DNA of 62,186 nucleotides, counting the filler, from Sluysia triapertura (Eukaryota): NCBI GenBank assembly GCA_046118255.1. It is 4 parts of 4 records of this genome, joined end to end, with 100 filler letters (N's around TTAATTAATTAA, not from the genome) between each part and the next. Parts side by side here need not be neighbours in the genome. Positions count along the whole stretch, not along the records: positions 50,471 to 62,186 come from JBJNIA010177251.1; 3 more parts are not named here. One strand, written 5' to 3'. A model generated the notes under the pieces. The model made no database searches, was not told where the DNA came from, and saw only the letters and a program-made list of their open reading frames with translations. Positions 50,967 to 62,186 of this stretch are shown here, in pieces. Position 1 is the first letter of the stretch, and each line of letters starts with the position of its first letter. A program made the position numbers and the translations under genes.

Positions 50967-51698
50967 TCACAGACTAAAAAAATCTTCTTTAACGAAATAT
51001 GAAATTGCGGATAACATCTCATCAAAATTTGTCAGGCCCGGTAGTAGTTCGTTCATTCCGTTAGCGAACCGGCAAAATTCACCATATTGTGCAAATTGAT
51101 TAGTTATCGTAATCTGATATGGATAGATTATGTATTTAAGGTTTAGTCTTTCACTTGAATTCATCATAAGTGAATATTCATTATTACTCACATTACCCCT
51201 TATAAAATTTGTAAATTGTGTAGATCCATTATGATTAAATTTCCTTTCAACTGTTATTGAAGAAACTTGCAAATTTCTGAAACGCATTAACTCTTTGTTG
51301 GAAAGGATATCATTGTCATTATTTGGGACCCCATTAATATACATATGAAAATCTGAATACTTTAACGATTTTTTTAATGATTCATTAGTTGTAGCAACAT
51401 ACACATTCATGTAGGGGACCGTAGAACGGTGATTAGCCATAACGTGTTGTTTGCTAATGGTATTGCCATTTTCATTTGAATTGGAATTGTTAAAAAGAAC
51501 TCGAATGTTAGATAGATAATTCATAATTACATGATCATTTCTATTAATGTTACTTTCGATGATATTGTTATCATCTGCTGGATAACATTTCTGTAATATC
51601 GTATTTGTAAATTATCTTTCACGTAGCTTTACGGGTTGTCTAAGCTGACTTGAAGTATATGTATAACTAGTTGAAGTGGTATAAGACGTTGTTGTCAT
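50967..51698 (-). pseudogene. Intronless orphan ORF (243 codons, one internal stop)
   Basis: The 185-aa ORF extends in frame to an ATG at 51698 (MTTTSYTT...) across a single TAA at ~51612. Confidence 0.55.
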
Positions 51699-54600
51699 TG
51701 AAGTTATCTTGTTATATATAATTATTTAATAAATATACAAACCATCAATATATTGTTTAATTATTATAAACTTTACTTTATTATTGGTACTTATTAAATT
51801 TGTGATTAAAAATTGCTTATAATAATAATAATTTTTCAAAAACTTTCTATTTTAATGTTGTCACTTTTTAAACTTTTTTGTCCAATAACCAATAACTGCT
51901 TTGCCTGTTTAAAATAACATCTCAACAAGATCACAATGCCTGTGTGTAGTTGCAAGTGGTCAACCAATTAAGGTGGTTTTTGGCTGCCAGAATACTTTAA
52001 TTACAAATTTTATGATTACGAGTTAATCGCTGTCAGGGTTGACATTAGAGTGTTTAAAAATAATTACTAATGTAATTAATGATAATAATGAGTGATGATA
52101 ATGAAAACACCTAGGTGACGATTGTTGATAAAATTAATTAATAGTAGTAATTAGCGCTAATATTAATGGTAATTAAAATAACATGAAATAAAATAAGGAT
52201 ACTAATAATAAAAATGTAAAATAAAATAACATAACATAAAATAAATAATAATAATAATATATAATATGAATTATTACAAATAAAATGCATAAATTCGTAT
52301 TTTTTAAAATAAAAATCTTTAAAAATCATAAAATTCTTTCTTGACTTCTTTATAAAAAAGGAAAATGTAAAAGAACATTTCTCTTTCCTTTAAAATTCTT
52401 TAGTTTTAATTAATTCTTATTATCTTTTAAAAAGAATTTATGCAGTAATAACTAAAAAAGGTAACGACATAGTTAAATAGGATAAAAGAAATTCCATTTT
52501 GATTATAATGATGCTTTACAATAATTTTGAAATGTAAATTTAATGTATTTCAATGATATTAATGATTTTCATGTTGAAGAATTGTGAACTTGAAATGTTT
52601 TGAATTAACTTCGAAATGTACACTTGATCATTTTCTATGTTGATTATGATTTTAATGTTATGAAATTGTGAATTTAAAATGTTTTAAAGTGTAGTGTTGA
52701 ATTGAAATTTTGAGTGAAAAGGTTAGCCACCACAAAATCATCCACGTTTCTTAGATTCTTGTTCAAATTCATGTTCTACTAATCATCTAATTTGATAAAC
52801 ACGGAATGACAAGTCACAATACACCGAGACTTAAAATACTGAATAATGTAACTACAAATAGGTAGTGGCAATTTTGCCGAAATGCACAAACAAACAAGTT
52901 ACTATAACAATTGTTTGTTATGGGTCCTCATTAGATTCAAAGGTTATAAATTATTTTAATATAAAGAATAATGTTTTAGATTTAGTTAATTTTAATTATA
53001 GATAACAAACAATAATGCATCCATCTAATATACTTATTTTTGTACATTTGAAAAAATAAAAGTATAATTTTGTTTATAATTATGTGCATTTATTTAAATT
53101 AATTTTAGCACGTTTTTTATTTTTCTAAATTTTGAAATGGTTTAGTTTTACTAAATGATAAATATTTACTATGATTTTTCATTTTCATTTATTAATTCTA
53201 ATAAATACAGTATGTATTGTATTAAAATTATTGAAATATTAAAGAAATAGTTTTATGTAAGAAATATATAATTATTACATTGTTTACCGATAAAATCATG
53301 AGTGGAATTCAAAATCATAACAATAATTTACGAAAGTCCTAAATATTTTTTAGAAATAATAAAGAATTTGGAAACCAAGATGAATATTTTATTGAGACAT
53401 GATAATCTGTACAAAATAAGCTAAGTTATATATCGTTTTGTAAAGTACATTAAAATGAGTCACAGTCACAATTGAAAATTAGTCACCTTCATTTACATTC
53501 ATAATATTAACAAATAAATGTAAACATTCGTTAATATAAATATAATATAAATATTTTAAAAATTATGATTTTGGAAAAAATTTAATTTAATGTTCATCTT
53601 CCAGGTTTGTTTTATTATTTTTAATATTTGTATTTTATTATTTGTTGAAATTATTATTATTAAGTTTTATTATTAACATTTTATTTAAATTTATTAAAAT
53701 TATTATATTATCAATTCTCTTATTATTAAAATTATTAAAATTATTAATATTATTGTTAATATTATTGTTATTTAAATTATTAAATATTCTCTTATTATTA
53801 AAATTATTAATGTTAGATATACTTTGTTTTAATCTTATAAGTTTAACCTTCAGAAAATAGGTATATATATAGCTTAACTTTCTTTGACATTTTCATAACT
53901 TGTTTCACAACTTGTAATCACACTTTACTAAGCGTTTTTTAACGACAATTTGCAATTTTCAAGCTTCGAGAGATTACTTAACGCCTTCAACTTATCAACT
54001 TCGAGAGATTACTTCGACTGAACATAATCCATTCTACTGAGGACAATTAATTACAGATCAACTTACTTCGTGTCGTTAGTTTTCTATATTATAAGTTTTC
54101 TTGCAAGTTTCTAAACTTGCTTTTCTAAAATCTACTTAAAATTTATTTGTAATCATTAGAGCTATCGTTTATAGATAGCTAAGTAAAATATTTATTAAAA
54201 TTTTATTAAGATTATTAAAATAATAATCTTTTTCAAACTCTACATCATTTTATCACTGTTCTATTATATTATTGTAACATATAAGTTTTATTTGTTTGAG
54301 TTAAATTTTATTAATAAAAAATTTCCATTTAATTTTGCTCATTCATCTTAAAATAATTGATCAGGTTCCTGAGAGAACCTAAGTAAACTCTCATAAAATT
54401 CAAAAGGTTCATTTATATTGAACCTAAGTAAAATCAGTAAATATTTGAAAGGTTTGTATATTCAAACCATAGTAAAATCTTCGTTATTGTATTTTTAAAA
54501 TCCTGTAAAATCAATATTAAAATTATTTGTCCCCTAAAATATTAACTATTAAATTGTTATTATTGTTAAATTATTAAATATTTAGAGCATAGTATTAATA

Positions 54601-56759
54601 ACCTTTTGGAATCAGTTTAACTTTATAATTGTTTAATTATTGATTATTGCATAGAGCATTAAAGTGACTAAGTCTAGGAATAGTCTTTCTTAACCTCCAT
54701 TTTTTAAGTCAAAAATCCAACGGTTGGCCATTAAGTTAGTAAGCCCAATACGTTGGTGAACTCACTATTTATTTTAAGTTTTATTCTACACGTACTTTTC
54801 CTGCAGTACGATACGATTGTGTTGAAAATACTTTAAGAATTTGATTTATATATATCTGTATCGTCCAATCATTCTCAAACTCATTATTAGGACTTACTTT
54901 TACACAAATCATCAAAACCTCTCTTAAAGATTAAACCGAAACTAAAACGACTTTGACATTTACGTAGTACGACCAGTCAAGCAAAAGATAACAATTCGAT
55001 TAACAGTCAACTCTTATTTTTTTCTTTTATTCTACTCGATCTACTTATATCACTTTTTCATATATTTTAAATTTTATTACTTTTTAATCTATTTTCTAGA
55101 CACTACTGGACAATCCCAACAGCTGGAATGAAGCCGAAAAAAATTAAAAGAATTAAAAATGGCTTAATTGGAGTGGGGATCAGCATATAAGGAAATAGGA
55201 GATAGAGATAAATAAACATGGAATGCACTTGTGAATGGATTGAGCATTAATTGAAAAGTTATTAATTTAATGGAAAAATAAAATGGATTTTAAGGCATTT
55301 TGATAATAAATCCATTTAATTATTGGATAAGTTTAAAAATATTAATTTGGTTTTTGAAAAAATTTATTAATTTGATGGATTCTTAATGGATTAATGGATT
55401 CCTTGTTGAATTGCTAATAGAATATAAATATAAGTAAAAATATTCTCTCATAATAATTTCTATGAATTTTGAAAAAGACGTGAATAATATTTTACAATCA
55501 AAAAATTTTATATATCAAGTGTCGTTTTATTATATTCTGAAGTTAGTCATTCTTTTGGTTAATTACATATTTCGAGTTTTTGGAAAATTTATTCGTATTC
55601 AATTTTTGGCAACTTATGCGGTTATTTGAAGAAGAAATTTCTATTTAATCCGTACATTTTTGTTAACAGGTGCGTCTTACTTAGGAAGGCATAAATTTGA
55701 CTTAAAATCTGAAAAACTTTTGTCTGGCTTAAGTCAGTTATAAAATCATTTTAAAATACTGTTAAATTTCATTAGAGTAAAATCTAATGTAATAAACATA
55801 TATTTTGTATATTGTTTTTATTATTATTAATTTCTGAATATTGATTTTACCTGTTGATCCTTTAATTTTTTAATTGTCGTATTTTACGTTTAATATAATT
55901 TGTATTAATAATTTGTTTGTTTTGCTTTTTGATAATAGAAAAATTTAAAGGATATAATACTTTTGATAGTAGCTTTATTTAAGGGTGTTGACTCATTCAA
56001 AAAGCAAACCTAGTCATTGTACATAATTATCATGAACGATAATTATCGTTATTATAAATCCAATCGTATTAAAATACATAATAATTATTACGATTATTGT
56101 TATATAATGTGATTATCATGATTATCATATAATAATTCTTATAATAATATAACAACATCATCATATTGAAATATAAAAATTGCGTAATTTTTATTGTTTT
56201 CAAAGTTACTTCCTCTTTCTCAAATTTCTCACGTTCTTTTTATAACTTGCTTGCTATTTTATTAATGATTCAAACAATTTACACATATACGTAACCATTT
56301 ATACTTATTATCTACATCTTCACTTAATTTGAATCTCCAGGTGGTGAACTCAATCCAAAAATCATAACATAGCAACTCAAAAATTAATAAATTATAAAGA
56401 ATAGAAATACCAGTAACATTTCTTACATCAACAATTTCCTATAACAATGTAGCTTTAATATAACGCATATCTACAACAAACTCACAAGAATGATAACAAT
56501 ATATAGCAATAACATTTCCACTTGATTATTAACAAATTAACATTCTTATTTACAAAAATTTACAAAAAGCGTTATAATTATTGTTAACATTCAAATGCTG
56601 TTGTCACTGTTGTTGCTTCTCGTTATCTTTTTGTCACTCTAATTTTTTTGTTTACTTATATATATTCTGTATGTATTGTTAATTGGTTTATTATATGGTT
56701 ATAGTACATGGTTTATATGTTAGCAAGATTTTTGTTCGGTATTTCATTTTTTGTTTATA

Positions 56760-57230
56760 TTTTAATGTCACAAAAGTATCCATTTTTATTAATGATTTGC
56801 CTAACTGTCAATGTGATTCTTGTTTAAATACATTTGGTAAAGAGAAGCTATTTTAGTATCTAGATGCTTCTAAATCCAGCATTTAATGATCTTCTCCAAA
56901 CAGTCCGAACTCAAGACACAGAAAACAATCATCAGAACATCAAAAAGATTGCCTGTTCTTTCCGGAGTCAATGTAATACAAGCTAGTATGAATCTCGTAC
57001 AAATAATCTCAAGCTATTTATTAATGCTCATCATAATGACTTTTAATTACTGCTTACTAATTTCAATTTGTCTTGGTTTAGCATATGGATATTAAATTAC
57101 TGCTAAAATTCGTATATTACCAAAACTGCATAATGTAAACTATAGAGGACGAACAGAAATAGAAACAAATGGTGATAATTGCGTTACTGATGATAATCAC
57201 AACCGACCCCTTTTGATTAATAATTCATTA
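56760..57230 (+). pseudogene. Intronless Ctr (SLC31) copper-transporter pseudogene
   Basis: IQASMNLVQIISSYLLMLIIMTFNYCLLISICLGLAYGY has the Ctr MxxxM-x12-GxxxG signature; stops upstream and immediately after GY. Confidence 0.75.
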
Positions 57231-59663
57231 TGATTTATGGTAAAACACATTCATATGCATAATTGATGCAAAACAATTATTGTTTATAATTAAGTTCTTA
57301 CAACAAATAGTATTTACTGTATTTATTAAATACATTCAGAAGCACAAAACAATTATTTTATATATATTTTTAACTTTATAAAATGATAGTTGGTTGCTGT
57401 ATTGGATGTTTAGCTTCATCAGTAATTTGTTGTGTATGTGCGGTGGTAATAATTTTATTTCATCAACAGTCACTCGACTCATTTATATTATGATATATCT
57501 ATTAATTTGCTCACTATCAATTTCATGTTTGCTTCGAGATTATAATGTAATATTACCAAAAATAATTTTATTATGACCAAAACATAAGGTTGGAATACTA
57601 TATATTAAGGACAAATTGCAGTTTAGTCACTTATTTCAGTGCAATATATCATATTGATTTTTCAATGTTTATGTTTTTCATTATAATATCAATATTCTTA
57701 CTCCGAGTAAGTAATATTCATTTCGTCGTAATATTCATAATGGTCAATTATTAGTTTTTTTAGATTTTCGATATTAACTTTGATAATAATACTGTCATTT
57801 ATTTTTATACCAAATGATTATTTTTCATCAACTATAACAATGATAGGTCAATTATGTGCAGCTATATTTGTTATATTGGAGTTATATCAAATTTGAATGA
57901 GTTATGGTTTGATAAATATACACTTTTTAATATATTTTATTTAAATTTTGTTGGTTTTATTTTATTTATATTCTTTGTTTAAAGGCATTAAGCCTATTTT
58001 GTTAACTATTGTGTTAAATTGTTTAGTAGTTATAAAAAAATTTAATGCTTTGTTAAATAGTTCACTAATAATTTTAAATGTGAATATATTTAACAGTTTA
58101 ATCATAAAATCTGACACTTAATAACAAAAGTAAAAATCCCTCAAATAATCTTTCATCTTCCCTTTGTATAAATCTATGTTACGTGTCACTGTTAAGAAGC
58201 TGTACAAGTTATAATAGTATATTAATATGTATTTCTCAAGTAATGAATTGCACATGCCAATGAATTAGGCAACAAAAATCAGAAAATCAGTTTACGATCC
58301 AAATAGATTATCCTATTCAATAAAAGATGAAGTTTTTTATCCAGTTACTTAGACAAAAGCTTTAGAAGTCATTAGATATTGTCAATCTTTTTGGGTCACA
58401 GAAATATGTTTTTCAATTTTAGTTAATCTGGAAAACCAATTCATTGTGAATATGTTAATGACATTTTATATTAGTTGTTGAATTGCAAAAATTCAAGCTT
58501 AATAAAACTTATTTATATTTAGTTATTATTCTTCACAAAACTCCAGATGACTCTCTAGATACTTTTATATGTCAATAAATTAATATACATTTGTGATAAA
58601 TTAGACAATTAGATTTTCAATACAAATTCTGTAACGTTACTGTTCCTCAATAATACTTTAAATATCTTCACTTATATAGATTATTGTTACATTATTATTA
58701 TTATCGTTTTACTATTCTATTAATATTTCTTTATTCTATCTAGAAGTATGAGTTTGAATACTCGTTCCGATGACCTGGAATGGAAACGCAAAAAATATGT
58801 TTTACGTTTATTTTAAAATGAAGTTCAATTTACTCTATAAATATTATTAACTTTAACTTTAGTCACAATGTTATTCTTTGATTATGATCTTATGTTAATT
58901 TCTTTCTTTGGGGAACTACTCTCAAAACACAAAAAATTCAAATACGAAAATTTATTAATTAAATGCTTTATACAAAAAACAGAAACACTAAAACTGATAA
59001 TAATGTATATGAATAAATATCGAAATGTAGTTTGATAACATTTTTTAATATTATAATTTTAAACTTGAAGTTCAATAAATATCACTTACTATAATCAAAT
59101 TTGGATTTGTATCTTAGATTTAATAATTAATTCTACACAATATTTTCCGATTTCCTTTTCGATTTCGTAATACCAAGAATGAATTCTAGTTAATATTCTC
59201 AAGTCTTTTTTAATTTTGTAGTATTCGTGGAATATGTAACACCGTTCTTCGTAATATTGTTAATAATATTCGTAATATTCGTAATAATTACTAATCAATC
59301 GTCTCTCTCTGTGTATGTTGTCAAATATCTGTACGTGCTATTTATACATGTTTTATTACAGTTTCAATTATTTAATTTCTCGAATAATAATAATTTCCTT
59401 CATTAGATATGTTATAATAATTTTATAGTAACGATAATTATTTAATTTTCTCAAATAGTAATTCAATTTGTATGTTATTTCATAATAATCATAGTAAGCG
59501 ATCGTTTTTCAATTACTACCATAATAATTTCGTCATAATAATTTCGTGATTGTTATAATAATTCAGTTTGTATCATAATAATTTCAATTACGTAATAATC
59601 ATCGTATGACTAATACTAGTGGTGCTGTAAACAATACATAATTTTAATAATTATCGTTGTAAG

Positions 59664-59711
<48 letters not shown>

Positions 59712-62186
59712 TTCATGAATTTGTACAACGATAATAATAAATAATGATAAACATTGATTCCAGCCTGAATATTTATTTTATTAAATTTTGATTACATATA
59801 ATTTATATTTAATCTTATTTTAATGATTTTTCTCGATTAAAAAGGTTTTTGAATTTGACATAACATTATTCTCTCAATCTTTAATTTAAATTAATTTTGA
59901 TCGAGAATAGTGTTGTTAATTTTTAATTGTGTAATAGTTTTACTCAGTCTCAATTTAATATAGTTTTGATTCTCATATTAGAATGATCTTTATGTTCTTA
60001 AAATTTAATATTATATTGTCATTATAGAATATCATTTTAAAATGATTATTTATTTTATTTTAATCTAAAATTAAGTTTATTTGCTGTTAAATTTTGAATT
60101 TATATTAACTCTATTAAATCTCATTTTAAACTGATGAAAAGCATTATAATCTTAATGAAAATGATTTTAATTTTACTTTAAAAACAATTTTTATTTTAAA
60201 TGAAATTTACATGAAATTAAAATTGGATAAATATTATGCTACATAGTCATTATTTTCTATGTTTCCCCAATAGATGATATTTTAAAATTTATGACAGATA
60301 GAAATCGAGCATTCATTTTTCTTATGAAATCTCATATGATATTAGAAAATCTTAATAAATCTCGAATGATTGTACAAGAAATTAAATATGTTCTTAATTA
60401 ATCAGAGTTCGTGTACAGCTGTCATAATTTCTTTGATTTATTGCTTTCTTCTTTAATTAATCTAACTTTGTTCTTAAAGTATAGGGTGACCAGTAAGAAT
60501 TAGAGTTCAAATTGCTCATTGTATCAATACTATGCTGTAAAAAGCTTACACTGTTTATTTCAAATACTTCGAAGCGTGATTCAATATTTAAATCCAGCTT
60601 TAATGTCAAAATGTAGGCTTCTCTTGTGTAATTATTTATTTTCCAGACAAAATCAATAATTTGTTTTGTTGCAGAAACACGAAAATTTTTTATTAGTCGT
60701 CGTCAATTTCATTCTATATGTTGTGTCTTTCGAAAGCTCCGAGTCGAATTCGTTGCTCAAAACAAATAATTAACGTTTGAAATAAAAGATATACTGTGAA
60801 ATTGTCCAGATACGTACTAACCAAAGCCACGTTTTATCAATAATAGCTTGAGTATACAACTTGAAGATTTCTGAATTATCGAGTTAATCAGGATTTGAAT
60901 GACATTGTTGTCAAATGTGATTATTTACTCCGGTAAGCTTGAATTAGAAATAAGTATTAAATGATCTAATGCTGTCAAATAACGAATAGTACTCCACAAT
61001 CTTGTTAGAGAAAGAAAGTCGGGTATGAGGTTAAGAAGAAGTGAAAATGAGTAAGTGAAAGAGTTATAAAAGAAGGTTAGTGAAATTGAAGATGTTTTAT
61101 GGAAATTTCATCTTATTACCTTTTTTGAACTTTAAAATGCAATTAAGTGAATTTAATATGATGAGTGATTTATATGTTGTGTAGATGAAAAAATTGGAAT
61201 ATTGTAGTGTGTGAAAATTGTGTGCAACAGTGTTGGCCACCACAACTAATTCAAGTTTACGTACAACATTTAGTGTAAGATACTAACTGTATAAGGTCTC
61301 TATCATAATGAATAGTAATTTATATAATAACCATTGATCGAATATGATGATATACATAATTAGAATACTCTACTTAATACAACATATCCCAATAATATTA
61401 TTAAATTATTTTTACTAGTGTTCTTAATAATATATCTTTACATTAGTTATTTATTTACATACGATAGTCCCAACATAAACATATTTGATAAAATATATTA
61501 TCTAAAGTCATTTCAAAGTATACTCGTCGTTTTAAAATACCTATTCGGAATTAACTTCTCATACTCCATAAATCTCGGATATTCACGTTACTTGCAACTA
61601 TGCCAATTGTAAGTCGTATATTGCAAGCGAACTCCAATTATCTTCATTTTGCTAGTAAGTTTGTTTAAGATATAAAGGCAACAAAATTTATTTCCTCGTT
61701 TTTTCGTATGCAATAATAATGTCGAATCTTTTTCATTTATACTAAAATGTTTCATTATTAATCCATTATTTTCGTTGAACAAATAAATCAATTAATGTTT
61801 CCATTAGCCATTATTTTTCTTTTTTTATTTTCATTATTATTTGTAAAATAAAACATTTTTAATTAATTTTTTATTTTTTAATAATAATAATAATATCGTA
61901 AATATTGTTAGTTTTTTCCTTATTCCTAACAAATTGTCTGTAGGGTCAGTTCGCTTAGTATATACGCTTTATACCAAATTTGGAGACGTATTACTAAGTT
62001 TTTTAAAATTTAGAATTTTAACTTAAAAAACTATGTAAACTAATCCTATAAATTAGTTATAATTTAAATTTATTTCTCACAACTGAATAAAATTGATCGG
62101 TTTGATTTGTATTTTATTTATATTTCACAACCCTTTTATTAAGGTGTTGTTAAGATAAAAGAAGATTACACAACTCCCTTAATGAG

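Noticed and set aside
53642-53860. Leu/Ile-rich ORFs (also 52138-52329, 11918-12127, 14074-14373)
   Set aside because: Low-complexity AT-rich sequence or antisense shadows of real ORFs.

Overview
Very AT-rich animal genomic DNA with GT-AG introns. Intron sizes are bimodal (35-85 nt versus 0.7-7 kb). A CCDC81 gene points to a ciliated animal, and a flatworm/planarian-like host is plausible but is inference only. Three 100-nt N spacers carry an artificial TTAATTAATTAA linker (14641-14740, 37286-37385, 50371-50470), so the window is four contigs whose adjacency is unproven. Host genes: a complete 6-exon EHD (EH-domain ATPase) gene (+, 16272-31853) and the first 6 exons of CCDC81 (-, 41965-37466). 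The rest is mostly mobile DNA. The main find is a decayed Ty3/Gypsy LTR element (-, ~13400-5850) whose coding region reads as one frameshifted polyprotein: Gag/CCHC, acidic linker with AT-hook, Bcl-2-like domain, signal anchor, chuvirus-type glycoprotein, protease, RT, RNase H. The envelope and a putative anti-apoptotic domain therefore lie BETWEEN gag and pol. A cluster of virus-like accessory ORFs follows. Other notable features: short TG...CA elements carrying a tRNA-derived core (two with 4-bp TSDs), a family of covarying bulged hairpins, three heat-shock-element promoter modules around a 3.4-kb quasi-palindrome, an intronless Ctr copper-transporter pseudogene, and mariner/Tc1/pogo/hAT/MULE remnants. 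All homology calls were made by eye; no database searches were run.
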